Part shown: positions 1 through 10,515 of the stretch, one piece after another
Layout of the letters: every line of letters starts with the position of its first letter
Numbering within the stretch: the stretch's first letter is position 1
Assembly: GCA_024762335.1 (NCBI GenBank)
Contig: JANTHO010000002.1
Coordinates: forward strand, 5,766 to 69,765
Length of the DNA stretch: 64,000 nucleotides
From: Acidimicrobiia bacterium
GTDB lineage: Bacteria; Actinomycetota; Acidimicrobiia; Spongiisociales; UBA5794
Direction: 5' to 3'
Made by a program: the position numbers and the translations under genes
The notes under the pieces: generated by a model
Seen by the model: the letters and a program-made list of their open reading frames with translations, nothing else
Database searches by the model: none
What the model was told of the DNA's origin: nothing

Positions 1-1198
1 ATACGAGACCCATCGACGTCTTCGGGATTCGCTTCTCCGCCGACTTCGGATCGATCACAACCACCTGCGCATCCGTTTCGAGGTCGGCGTAGTCGGGGAT
101 CGTCAGCACGAGGTCGTTCGCCGTCATCGCAGACAGATACGGACCCGCTTTGCCGTAGCCGTCGTCCGAGATGATCGCGAGAACGTCCGGCTGTGTCACC
201 GCCGTCAGCGGCATCTCCTCCGGCGCCAGCCAGAGTTCGGAAACCGAGTGGCCCGACTTGACCGTCACCGGGTAGTCGTCGCGCTGGGCCGCCCACAGGC
301 CGGAGCGGATTCCACCGAGGGCGATCAGGCGCGACGCCGAACGGATCTTCCCGCCTGCAGAGCCCGCGACGACGAGCGACATCGGATGGTTGAGCGTCGC
401 CTCGAACTCGACGGGGATCGGGCGGGCGCTCATCGTCGGCGTACCGACGATCCCCTCGTGTGCGGCCCGGTAGCCGGTTGCGTACTCGGACGTGACCCGG
501 TCGTACAACAGACCCGGCTCCATCCCCCAGGACCGCATCGAATCCTCCATGCCGGCCCGTGTGAACTTGTTCGACCGGACGTAGTAGGCGGTGCACAGAT
601 CCCACACATCGAGAAGGGCGAAGCCAGGCTTCTGCATCCCGGCGACGATCCGGTCCGCGAGGTCCTTGTCGAACGACGATCCCCGGTAGACATAGGCGGC
701 GCCGTTGACACCGACCGTCGCGCAGATGTCGAGCGGGTGTTCGAGGTTGCCGAGCGGCGTCGTCGACGTCACACCGCCTTCCGGTGTCGTGGTCGAGTGC
801 TGCCCGCCGGTCATCCCGAAGTTCAGGTTGTTCATCACGATGACGGTGATCCCGATATTGCGACGGGCCGCCGAGATGAGATGCGTACCTCCGATCCCGG
901 TGCCGCCGTCGCCCATGATGACGACAACGTCGAGGTCGGGGTTGGCGAGCTTGATGCCCGTGGCGTAGGTGATCGAACGGCCGTGGAGACCGTGGAACGC
1001 CGAGGTGATGAAGTACTGGTCGGACAGCCCCGAACAGCCGATGTCGGAGACGATGACGACTTTGGCCGGGTCGAGATCCATCTTGATCATCGCTTCGTTC
1101 AGCCGGTCGAGGATCGGTCCGTGCCCGCATCCGGGACAGAACGGGTAGGGATCGTCCGTCCGGAAGGTGGAGATCGGAGTGATGGTCACCGTGTTCAT
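1..1198 (-). CDS. korB: 2-oxoacid:ferredoxin oxidoreductase beta subunit (TPP-binding), C-terminus beyond window edge
   Basis: Manual minus-strand translation from the ATG at 1198: MNTVTITPISTFRTDDPYPFCPGCGHGPILDRL...GDGGTGIGGTHLISAARRNIGITVIVMNNLNFGMTGGQHS. This is a typical KorB/PorB TPP motif. The ATG overlaps the korA stop (ATGA). No stop is found before position 1, so the CDS is open-ended and absent from the ORF track. Confidence 0.85.
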   Translation of the reverse strand, partial: MNTVTITPISTFRTDDPYPFCPGCGHGPILDRLNEAMIKMDLDPAKVVIVSDIGCSGLSDQYFITSAFHGLHGRSITYATGIKLANPDLDVVVIMGDGGTGIGGTHLISAARRNIGITVIVMNNLNFGMTGGQHSTTTPEGGVTSTTPLGNLEHPLDICATVGVNGAAYVYRGSSFDKDLADRIVAGMQKPGFALLDVWDLCTAYYVRSNKFTRAGMEDSMRSWGMEPGLLYDRVTSEYATGYRAAHEGIVGTPTMSARPIPVEFEATLNHPMSLVVAGSAGGKIRSASRLIALGGIRSGLWAAQRDDYPVTVKSGHSVSELWLAPEEMPLTAVTQPDVLAIISDDGYGKAGPYLSAMTANDLVLTIPDYADLETDAQVVVIDPKSAEKRIPKTSMGLV

Positions 1199-2352
1199 CG
1201 GACCACCTCCACGATCTCGTCGACGGTGATGAGTCGGCCGTCGATCCGGTTCACACCGACGACTTGCCGATCGCCGGCGATTCGATCGATCTCCCTGCGA
1301 TAGAGGCCCATATTGAGTTCGGGGACGACGATGCGATCAATACCGTCGAACGCGACGCCAAGTGCCGTCTCGGGGATCGGCCAGAGACTCTGCACGACCG
1401 CGCCCGAGACGGCGACGCCTTCGGATCGGAGTTGCCGCACGGCGGCGCGTGCCGACCCTGCGGTGACGCCGTAGGACAGAACGAGCGTATGAGCCCCTGC
1501 TTCGAGGTCGAGGTCGACCATCTCGATCTCGTCGCGATGGTCCTCGATCTTGGCGATGAGGTGCTCATTGAGCGCCCCCACCTTCGCCGGGTTCTTCGTG
1601 ATGTAGCCGCCCTCGTCGTGCGTGGACCCGGTGAACCGGAAGGCGTCGCCGTATCCGTAGTGCCGCATCGGCTCGACGGCATCGGCCGGCTCCCACGAAT
1701 ACGGCAGGCCGCTGTCCTTCTCAACGCGAGCGGGCAGCGCCGCTTCCGGATAGTGGTCGACATCGACCGCGGAGAGCGTCATGGCGATCTCCTTGTCCGT
1801 AAGGAGGAAAACGGGACAGCGGAATCGCTCGGCAAGCTCGAAAGCCTTGACCGTCAATGCATACGATTCCGGGACGCTCGACGGGGCGAGCACGATCACC
1901 GGATAGCCGCCGGCCGTTCCCCACCGGACGAATTGCACGTCTCCCTGGGCGACCGTCGTTGCGCCGCCCGTCGCCGGTCCGAGCCGTTGCACATCGACGA
2001 TGACGAGAGGAACTTCGCCCATCACCGCGACGCCGATGTTCTCCGAGTAGAGGCTGATCCCGGGACCCGATGTGGCGGTCATCGACCGTGCACCCGTCAT
2101 TGTCGCTCCAAGACACATGCCGATCGAGGCGATCTCGTCCTCGCCCTGCATCGCGATGCCACCCACCTTCGGGAGTTCCCTCATCATCGCCATCAGGATT
2201 CCGGATGCGGGCGTGATCGGGTAGCCGGCGAAGAAGGTACAGCCGGCATCGATCGCGCCGCGCACGATCGCCGTCGCCCCGTCGACATACTCCCGTCTCG
2301 GTGCCTCGATATTCGTGGTCATGTGCTGCAGGCTAGGCAGGCCCTGAATCAT
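1195..2352 (-). CDS. korA: 2-oxoacid (2-oxoglutarate/pyruvate):ferredoxin oxidoreductase alpha subunit
   Basis: 385-aa ORF with a KorA/PorA-like sequence (…GYPITPASGILMAMMREL…VVQSLWPIPE…). It is translationally coupled to korB. An alternative start at the ATG at 2322 (MTTNIEAP) is possible. Confidence 0.85.
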   Translation of the reverse strand: MIQGLPSLQHMTTNIEAPRREYVDGATAIVRGAIDAGCTFFAGYPITPASGILMAMMRELPKVGGIAMQGEDEIASIGMCLGATMTGARSMTATSGPGISLYSENIGVAVMGEVPLVIVDVQRLGPATGGATTVAQGDVQFVRWGTAGGYPVIVLAPSSVPESYALTVKAFELAERFRCPVFLLTDKEIAMTLSAVDVDHYPEAALPARVEKDSGLPYSWEPADAVEPMRHYGYGDAFRFTGSTHDEGGYITKNPAKVGALNEHLIAKIEDHRDEIEMVDLDLEAGAHTLVLSYGVTAGSARAAVRQLRSEGVAVSGAVVQSLWPIPETALGVAFDGIDRIVVPELNMGLYRREIDRIAGDRQVVGVNRIDGRLITVDEIVEVVR

Positions 2353-2424
2353 CCATGACGCGTCACACGTGCCCGGGAATCGACCGGAAGGTCGCCCCGG
2401 ACACGTGCGGCGGGAGGACCCGTG

Positions 2425-4372
<1,948 letters not shown>

Positions 4373-4432
4373 GCAACCTCCGGATAGCGGTCGGATGTTC
4401 CCAGGGTATGCGTTCTGGCGCCCGCTCGGGAG

Positions 4433-4470
4433 GGCCGGAGGACCCTGACGCGTGGGGCCGGAGGACCCTG
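4433..4470. promoter_or_regulatory. perfect 16-bp direct repeat GGGCCGGAGGACCCTG x2 (period 22 bp) in the acs / tRNA-cluster intergenic region
   Basis: Read directly: copies at 4433-4448 and 4455-4470. They lie 60-100 bp upstream of the acs start (minus strand) and just upstream of an AT-rich putative tRNA promoter (TATACT at 4501-4506). Confidence 0.4.
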
Positions 4471-4550
4471 CTCTCCTCTTTCGGAACGCAAACAATTCGA
4501 TATACTCATGTGCCACTGCTCATCCGAGGCCGTTATGCTCCTGGGGCCCT

Positions 4551-4623
4551 GCCCCCATCGTCCAGAGGCCTAGGACTCCGCCCTTTCAAGGCGGCAACGG
4601 GGATTCGAATTCCCCTGGGGGCA
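4551..4623 (+). tRNA. tRNA-Glu (anticodon TTC)
   Basis: Manual fold: acceptor GCCCCCA/TGGGGGC, anticodon stem CGCC/GGCG with loop CTTTCAA, T-arm GGGGATTCGAATTCCCC, discriminator A. CCA is not encoded. Confidence 0.85.
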
Positions 4624-4628
4624 CGTTT

Positions 4629-4706
4629 GGGGGCGTGGTGAAGTCTGGAGTTCACGCCGGCCTGTCAAGCCGGAGGTCGCGGGTTCAAATCCCGTCGCTC
4701 CCGCCA
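4629..4706 (+). tRNA. tRNA-Asp (anticodon GTC)
   Basis: Anticodon stem CCGGC/GCCGG with loop CTGTCAA; T-arm GCGGGTTCAAATCCCGT; 3' end GCCA encoded (CCA present). Confidence 0.85.
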
Positions 4707-4749
4707 AACACTTCCGCCCGGGTCACGACCCGGGCGTTGGTGTTGACCC

Positions 4750-4822
4750 GGTCAGGTAGCTCAGCTGGTAGAGCGCTGGTCTGAAAAACCAGAGGTCGGC
4801 AGTTCGACCCTGCCCCTGACCA
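4750..4822 (+). tRNA. tRNA-Phe (anticodon GAA)
   Basis: Acceptor GGTCAGG/CCTGACC; D-arm TAGCTCAGCTGGTAGAGC; anticodon stem CTGGT/ACCAG with loop CTGAAAA; T-arm GGCAGTTCGACCCTGCC. Confidence 0.9.
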
Positions 4823-4832
4823 CGATTGAGAA

Positions 4833-4857
4833 CCCTCTGTTCCGCAGGGGGTTCCGT
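4833..4857 (+). terminator. GC-rich hairpin after the tRNA cluster (GAACCCTCTG-ttccg-CAGGGGGTTC), no U-tract
   Basis: Inverted repeat read directly, 10 nt after tRNA-Phe. Likely a 3' processing/termination structure. A similar GAACCCC…GGGGTTC hairpin follows tRNA-Pro at 47451-47474. Confidence 0.35.
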
Positions 4858-4927
4858 CGCGTCCACAACCCGGGTCTGCCGATCGTCTCCACCCGCGAAT
4901 GGAGCAAGGCGCCGAGCGCCGTGGTAT

Positions 4928-5956
4928 TCACTGCACCGGCTTGCGGAACGCCGTCGACCTCCGCTCGGGGACGAACCCGAGCCGCTCGTAGATGCGATTC
5001 GCCCCTGTCGGGTTCTCCGAATCGACCCCGAGGATCGCGTACTCCATGTCGTCCTCGCGAAAGGCACGCATCGCCATCGTGATGAGCGCCGATGCGATGC
5101 CCCGGCCCCGATGGCTCCTGATGGTTCCTATTCCTTCGATCCACGCCTCGGTGCGGCCCCGGTCGTCCCAATCGTGTGGATACTTCGAACACTGCATGTA
5201 CGCGACCGGCTGATCACCGTCATAGACAACCAGCGAGGTCTGAGGCAGGAAGAACTCGTTGTCGTGGTACGACGCCCACTGCTCGGGTGCGATGGGCTGC
5301 GATGCCCAATGATCGGCGAACGCTGCATTGTGAACGGTGAGCGCATCGCCGGAGACCTCTTCTGTCCAGGATCGTGTGGTGAGGCCGCCGGCCAGCGGCG
5401 CGGTGTCGATGGGCAGCGAGAGATCGCGGAGATTCTCGGTGAAGTATCTGGCCGGCACGAATCCATGCCGTTCGAGCAGCGCGGCTTCATCGACCATCCC
5501 ATCCAGGATCTCGTATCGGTAGAGCGCTGCCGGAAGACCATCGTCGAAGCTGCGCAGCCGTGCCGAACCCGCGGTCTCGACCCAGTCGAGGAGTGCATCG
5601 TCGATCCGTCCCCGGATGTCGGGATGCACGAGAATCCAGACGAATCCGCGATGCTCGGTCTCGGCACCGGGCGGCACACCACACCACCCGAGCGCAAGCA
5701 TCGACCCATTCTGTGCAAATGCGCCGATCGAGTCCTCATCGGCATGCTCGCCGAACCGGTCGAACTCGTCACGCATCTCGCCCGACGTGATCCGGTAGGT
5801 GCGATCCACTTCGAAACACGCGTTCTGAAGATCGGCCATGGCCTCAGCATCACCGGGAACGAGCGCCCGCCAGACGGCGCCGTCGAGTGGAGGAAGGTTG
5901 CGATGATCCATACGGCAACGGTACCGATCCGACATGCGAGCCGCCAGAGCAGCCAT
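4928..5956 (-). CDS. two-domain GNAT family N-acetyltransferase (MshD/mycothiol-synthase-like architecture)
   Basis: 342-aa ORF. The C-terminal half has a clear GNAT acetyl-CoA motif (…GTIRSHRGRGIASALITMAMRAF…YAILGVDSENPTGANRIYERLGF). The N-terminal half is also GNAT-like. The start is uncertain: ATG at 5956, 5935 or 5911. Confidence 0.7.
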   Translation of the reverse strand: MAALAARMSDRYRCRMDHRNLPPLDGAVWRALVPGDAEAMADLQNACFEVDRTYRITSGEMRDEFDRFGEHADEDSIGAFAQNGSMLALGWCGVPPGAETEHRGFVWILVHPDIRGRIDDALLDWVETAGSARLRSFDDGLPAALYRYEILDGMVDEAALLERHGFVPARYFTENLRDLSLPIDTAPLAGGLTTRSWTEEVSGDALTVHNAAFADHWASQPIAPEQWASYHDNEFFLPQTSLVVYDGDQPVAYMQCSKYPHDWDDRGRTEAWIEGIGTIRSHRGRGIASALITMAMRAFREDDMEYAILGVDSENPTGANRIYERLGFVPERRSTAFRKPVQ

Positions 5957-5960
5957 ACAC

Positions 5961-6085
5961 GCGTACGAACCCAGGGCTCGCAGGTGCTATTGAGTGCTTT
6001 TCCGGCGCACGGTTCAGAATCGCCTTCTGAACTCTGAGTTAGAAAAGCACCTATACGCGCGTACGAGCCCTGGGTTCGCAGGGCA
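5961..6085. repeat. REP-like intergenic element: two inverted copies of the CGAGCCCTGGGTTCG imperfect palindrome with AGCACCTATACGC flanks
   Basis: 5963-5985 reads cgtacgaacccagggctcgcagg. 6047-6085 reads gcacctatacgcgcgtacgagccctgggttcgcagggcac. Copies are related by inversion around about 6020 and lie between the divergent GNAT and GH13 genes. The same motif occurs at 10486-10510 and 27247-27290. Confidence 0.6.
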
Positions 6086-6102
6086 CATGGCAGAATGGGG
6101 TC

Positions 6103-7971
6103 ATGCCGTACTTCCCCGATCAGATGTTCTTCGGCGCCCAGGGAGACCTGAACCCGTGGGACGTCCGGTTCGATCCGTCGGACGCGGCGTTCCTGTCCCT
6201 CGAATCCGACGGACGGGTGCGGTTCCGACTCGTTACCGAACCGACATTCATGTCGGCGTTCGTCGTCACGGACGACGGTATCGGACACCCGATGGAGCGA
6301 CGTTTCGACGAACGGACGCTCCAGGTGTGGGAGACGACGATCGATCCAGCGGACGGCGTCGGCTTCACCTTCGCGCTCAAGACCGATGACGGCCGACCCG
6401 TCTACCGGGTGCCGGCCGGGATCGCCAACGCCGTGGAACGTCTCGACCGGTGGACCCTGGACCGTTCCGATGTTCGCCGCACCGTCGTTCCAGAGTGGAC
6501 TCGGGGCATGGTCATGTACCAGATCTTCCCGGAACGATTCCGCAACGGCGACCCGTCCCTCGACGCCGAGGGAGCAACGCCGTGGGGTTCGGAACCGGGA
6601 TGGCTCGACTTCCAGGGCGGCGATCTGGTCGGCATCGCGGAGAAGGCGAACCACCTCGAACGGCTCGGCATCGACTGCGTCTATCTGAATCCGATCTTCA
6701 CGTCGCCGTCGACGCACCGGTACGACGCGATCGACTACTACTCGGTCGATCCGGCGCTCGGAGGCAACGACGCACTCCGTACCCTCGTCGACGATCTGCA
6801 CCACCGGGGCATCCGGTTGATCATCGACGCATCCTTCAACCACTGCCACCCCCGGTTCTTCGCGTTCACCGACGTCGTCGACAAAGGCCCGGCGTCTCGG
6901 TATAGGGATTGGTTCAACGTCACCGATTGGCCGGCCCGCGTCATCTTCCGACCGCACATGCTGGCGGCCGACGGCTACCGGGACCCGGTGCGGTACCGCG
7001 ACTACATGGAACGGTTCGCCGCAACGTCCGGCGTCCCCATTGAGATCGTCGATGGCGACGGTCCGGCCGTGGAACCCACCTACGAGGCCTGGTACGGCGT
7101 GCCGTCGCTTCCCCGCATCGACCTCGCGACCCCCGAGGCTCGCAGGTATTTCCTCGATGTCGCCCAACACTGGATCACCGAGTACCGCATCGACGGCTGG
7201 CGCATGGACGTCGCCCGGTACGTCGATTTCGACTTCTGGCCCGAGTTCCGAGAAGCGGTGAAAGCGGCGAATCCTGACGCCTACCTGATCGCGGAGATCA
7301 TGGGTGACGCATCGATATGGCTCCAGGGCAACACGTTCGACGCGACGATGAACTACACATTCCGTCAGCTCATCCTCGACTTCATCGCGAGACAGACGAG
7401 CACAGGACACAACCTCGCCGACGGCCTTGCTCGCATGTATGCCACCTATTCGCCGGATGGCGTGGCATCGTCCCAGAACCTCCTCGGCAGCCACGACACG
7501 GCACGATTCCTCCACGAGGCCGCTGGTGATGCGGATCGCCTTCGCCTCGCCACCGCGATCCAGTTGACGCTGCCGGGATCACCCGGCCTCTACTACGGCG
7601 ACGAGGTGGGCATGGCCGGCGGGGAAGAACCGGCGTCCCGTGGCGCGTTTCCGTGGCACGATCCTTCGGCCTGGGACACGGACCAGCTGGAATTCGTTCG
7701 CGATCTCACCGCTCTTCGTCGCTTCCACCCGGCCCTTCGCGATGGTGACCTGAGAATTGTCGGTCGATGGCACGACGGCATCGCGTTCACACGAGCTCTC
7801 GGTTCGGACCGTGTGCTCGTCGTGATCGACCGTAGCCCCAAACCGGACGCGGCACACGTCACGGTTGAAACGGCTGTTCCGTCCATCCTCTGGGGTGCCG
7901 GGACCCTCAACCAGAGCGATGGCACCCTCACCGTCGTTCCGACATCGGGAGTCACGATCGTCGGACTATGA
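6103..7971 (+). CDS. glycoside hydrolase family 13 alpha-amylase-type enzyme (neopullulanase/cyclomaltodextrinase-like, with N-terminal domain)
   Basis: 622-aa ORF with GH13 catalytic regions (GIRLIIDASFNHC, GWRMDVARY, AEIMGD, LLGSHDTARF). Confidence 0.85.
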   Translation: MPYFPDQMFFGAQGDLNPWDVRFDPSDAAFLSLESDGRVRFRLVTEPTFMSAFVVTDDGIGHPMERRFDERTLQVWETTIDPADGVGFTFALKTDDGRPVYRVPAGIANAVERLDRWTLDRSDVRRTVVPEWTRGMVMYQIFPERFRNGDPSLDAEGATPWGSEPGWLDFQGGDLVGIAEKANHLERLGIDCVYLNPIFTSPSTHRYDAIDYYSVDPALGGNDALRTLVDDLHHRGIRLIIDASFNHCHPRFFAFTDVVDKGPASRYRDWFNVTDWPARVIFRPHMLAADGYRDPVRYRDYMERFAATSGVPIEIVDGDGPAVEPTYEAWYGVPSLPRIDLATPEARRYFLDVAQHWITEYRIDGWRMDVARYVDFDFWPEFREAVKAANPDAYLIAEIMGDASIWLQGNTFDATMNYTFRQLILDFIARQTSTGHNLADGLARMYATYSPDGVASSQNLLGSHDTARFLHEAAGDADRLRLATAIQLTLPGSPGLYYGDEVGMAGGEEPASRGAFPWHDPSAWDTDQLEFVRDLTALRRFHPALRDGDLRIVGRWHDGIAFTRALGSDRVLVVIDRSPKPDAAHVTVETAVPSILWGAGTLNQSDGTLTVVPTSGVTIVGL

Positions 7972-7978
7972 CCACCGG

Positions 7979-9049
7979 TCACCAGCGGGCGTGGTGCTCC
8001 TCTGCCCACCCAACCAGGCCGTCGATCCGGACCGTAGACCCACCGTCGTCGACGACGGTGCCGGCGTAGTGCCCGAACATCTGGTGCACCTCGGACCGCA
8101 CGACGATGAGATTCGTGGCGGCCACGCGCTCGAGGAACGGGGTGAACTCGAGATCCACACGATCGGATCGCATCGTCCACGGCCGCATGAAGTCGGTGTC
8201 GGAGTAGTCGATGTCGATCGTCCCGAGTTGGTGGATCCGGCCGTCGACCAGCAACGTGTTCTCCATCACCGGTGACACATCTCCGATCGGCAGCCCCATG
8301 TTCAACCCGACCGTTCGGCCGTCATCGAGCAGCCCGGATGCACTCGCCCAGACCCAGAACGAGTTGTACTCCCACACGCCACGTCCCCAGTCGAGGTTGC
8401 CGAAGCTCGACGATGGATCCATACGCGTGACCGTGTCTCCGATGCGAAGCGTTCCCTCGACGGGCATGGCGTTGATCTTCCGGTTGTAGTAGAACCGCTT
8501 GCCACGTATCGGAATGACGGCCACCGTCGATTCGTGTCCCTCGGCGAAGTCGAATCGAAGGTCGGCATCGAGCGGCACCCCGCCGAAGTCGTCCCAATGC
8601 ATCTTGACGAACCGGGCGCCCTCATCGACCAAGAACTCGATCTGAACGTGCCGGTTCGAAAAGCGACTGTCCCCACTCTCGCTGTTCCTCGGGAGCACGA
8701 CGCTTCTTCCGAGGGGGACGGTCACGGTCTCTTCGTGATACGACCCGCAGGTGAAATCGATCACGTAGACGAACGCCATATCGGCATAGCCGAGATCGGC
8801 GAGCGTGACGGAGAAGAACCCACCGGGTGACGTGACGCCGTAGTAGTCCCACCGCTTCACCAACAGCCGTTGGATCGGTCTGATTCGCGTCGTGTACGCG
8901 TTCTCCAGATTGCAGTCGAGCAGCGGCTGTCGTGCCCACCCGGTCTGAAGCAGCGATCCCGTGCCATCGAGAAGCGGTGACGGCTCGGTGATCTCGTGGG
9001 GAATCGGTGACTGTCTCGCGTTCACCGCCGCGATCCAATCATCCGTCAC
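7979..9049 (-). CDS. conserved hypothetical protein, possibly DUF2804 family
   Basis: 356-aa ORF with a GTG start at 9049. Protein-like composition with motifs WDYYG and NLDWGRGVWEYNSFWVW. The family assignment is from memory and uncertain. Confidence 0.6.
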   Translation of the reverse strand: MTDDWIAAVNARQSPIPHEITEPSPLLDGTGSLLQTGWARQPLLDCNLENAYTTRIRPIQRLLVKRWDYYGVTSPGGFFSVTLADLGYADMAFVYVIDFTCGSYHEETVTVPLGRSVVLPRNSESGDSRFSNRHVQIEFLVDEGARFVKMHWDDFGGVPLDADLRFDFAEGHESTVAVIPIRGKRFYYNRKINAMPVEGTLRIGDTVTRMDPSSSFGNLDWGRGVWEYNSFWVWASASGLLDDGRTVGLNMGLPIGDVSPVMENTLLVDGRIHQLGTIDIDYSDTDFMRPWTMRSDRVDLEFTPFLERVAATNLIVVRSEVHQMFGHYAGTVVDDGGSTVRIDGLVGWAEEHHARW

Positions 9050-9281
9050 CGCCGCCCTTCGACAATCGAGGTACGACGAACGGGGTCACAGCGAACACGA
9101 TGAACATCACGACGGCAATGACCTCCGTTACCCGCCTGCGAAGGAGAGAACCGGGGTCGACTCCAAAGAACGTGATGATCTGGCCGACCAAGAGCGCAGC
9201 GACCAGAGCCATCGCGACCGACGCCAGCAGCCACAGGAGATAGATGAGGACGAACTTCCAGAGGGCGTCGTCCTCTCGCAT
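9039..9281 (-). CDS. small membrane protein (2 predicted TM helices)
   Basis: 80-aa ORF. Its ATG overlaps the stop of the upstream DUF4870 gene (ATGA at 9281). Hydrophobic stretches LIYLLWLLASVAMALVAALLV and VIAVVMFIVFAVTPFVV. Confidence 0.5.
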   Translation of the reverse strand: MREDDALWKFVLIYLLWLLASVAMALVAALLVGQIITFFGVDPGSLLRRRVTEVIAVVMFIVFAVTPFVVPRLSKGGGDG

Positions 9282-9640
9282 CAGCCGGTCACGAACCGGA
9301 ACGTCAGCGGATATCGGTAGAACTCGCCGTTGGCCGCTTTGATGCCGGCAATGATTTCGACGACGAGGGCGAAGATCATCACCACGAAGATCAGGACGAA
9401 ACCAATGATGACCAGCATCAGCAACACCGAGGCCAGGATGTAGATGATCAGCGTGATCTGGAAGTTCAACGACTCCCGAGCGTGATATTCGACGAACGGA
9501 TCATCGTCCTTCTTCATCAGCCAGATCACGAGGGGGGCGATGAAACCCAACCCGATCAGCGGAACGAGGTGGGCGGCGGTCGACCAGCCTCTGGAGTCGG
9601 AGGGGACGGGTTCGGGGACGGGAGGGAAGTCCTCGGTCAT
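9281..9640 (-). CDS. DUF4870-like small membrane protein
   Basis: Start at the internal ATG at 9640 (MTEDFPPVPEP…), which has an AAAGGA RBS. TM core LIGLGFIAPLVIWL…YHARESLNFQITLIIYILASVLLMLVIIGF. The 189-aa track ORF is an N-terminal over-extension. Confidence 0.6.
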   Translation of the reverse strand: MTEDFPPVPEPVPSDSRGWSTAAHLVPLIGLGFIAPLVIWLMKKDDDPFVEYHARESLNFQITLIIYILASVLLMLVIIGFVLIFVVMIFALVVEIIAGIKAANGEFYRYPLTFRFVTG

Positions 9641-9722
9641 TCTGATCCTTTCTCTGCTGCCGAAACGATACTCGTCTACGCCGAAGCTCCGGCCGTTCGC
9701 GTACCCTGTGCGGAGAGGAGGG

Positions 9723-10454
9723 ATGATGATCGAGACACCGCCACACCTTGATCCGGGATTGAGCGACGCTGCGAGGGCTGCGAAACGGGAGGCGCTTCGC
9801 CGACGATTCGCCGATCTTCCGTTCGAACTCCTCGACGTCCACCTCGACAACTACATCGACGCGGAGTTCCGGCTCAGCGCTGCGACCGAGCCCCTCGACT
9901 CGATCGGCCATGTCGAAGTCGGACCGGTCGGACCGGAGGATGTCGACGACGTGCTCGCCTTCTTCGACCACGACGCGTTCGCGGGTAAGCCCGAGTGGGC
10001 GATGTGCTACTGCCGGTCCCCGCACGTCGACCATGAGCGAGATTGGATCGAGCGCACCTGGCAACAGAATCGGTCGGAATTGGCGGACGCACTCCGGTCG
10101 GGCACGACTCGCGCCGTTGTCGCGAGAGTCGACGGACGGATCGTCGCGTGGCTCAATTGTTCGGATCGCACAACGTCGCCCAGGTACGCGACCGGTGATG
10201 ATGCGGGGGTCGCCCAGACGTTCTGCTGGATGGTTGCTCCCCCGTATCGTGGACACGGCCTCGCAGGATCGCTCCTCGAAACCGCGATCGAGATCCTCCC
10301 TGCCGAAGGGATCCATACGATTCAAGGCCATGCAATCGTCGAACCGGCCGACGAGAACGCCGCGTTCGTCGGTCCGCTCAGCCTCTACGAATCCCACGGC
10401 TTCACCGTGGGCGATGAATCCGACGGTCGAGCATTCGTGACCCGCGACCTCTGA
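9723..10454 (+). CDS. GNAT family N-acetyltransferase
   Basis: Start ATG at 9723, preceded by GGAGAGGAGGG. C-terminal GNAT motif (…WMVAPPYRGHGLAGSLLETAIE…YESHGF). Confidence 0.7.
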   Translation: MMIETPPHLDPGLSDAARAAKREALRRRFADLPFELLDVHLDNYIDAEFRLSAATEPLDSIGHVEVGPVGPEDVDDVLAFFDHDAFAGKPEWAMCYCRSPHVDHERDWIERTWQQNRSELADALRSGTTRAVVARVDGRIVAWLNCSDRTTSPRYATGDDAGVAQTFCWMVAPPYRGHGLAGSLLETAIEILPAEGIHTIQGHAIVEPADENAAFVGPLSLYESHGFTVGDESDGRAFVTRDL

Positions 10455-10485
10455 TTCCGCCATTCCGCGGGCCCGGGACGCCATA

Positions 10486-10510
10486 TAGGGCGCAGAGAAC
10501 CCTGGGTTCG
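10486..10510. repeat. REP-like palindrome copy (GAACCCTGGGTTCG, a 13-bp perfect palindrome core)
   Basis: atagggcgcagagaaccctgggttcgtg sits between convergent genes (GNAT stop 10454, minus-strand gene stop 10516). Related to the copies at 5961-6085 and 27247-27290. Confidence 0.5.
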
Positions 10511-10515
10511 TGTCG

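Noticed and set aside
5128-7515. 795-aa ORF on the minus strand (the largest in this region of the track)
   Set aside because: It is antisense to two well-supported genes (the GNAT gene and the GH13 amylase). Arg/Gly/Pro/Asp-rich low-complexity composition is typical of high-GC antisense frames. No domain recognised.
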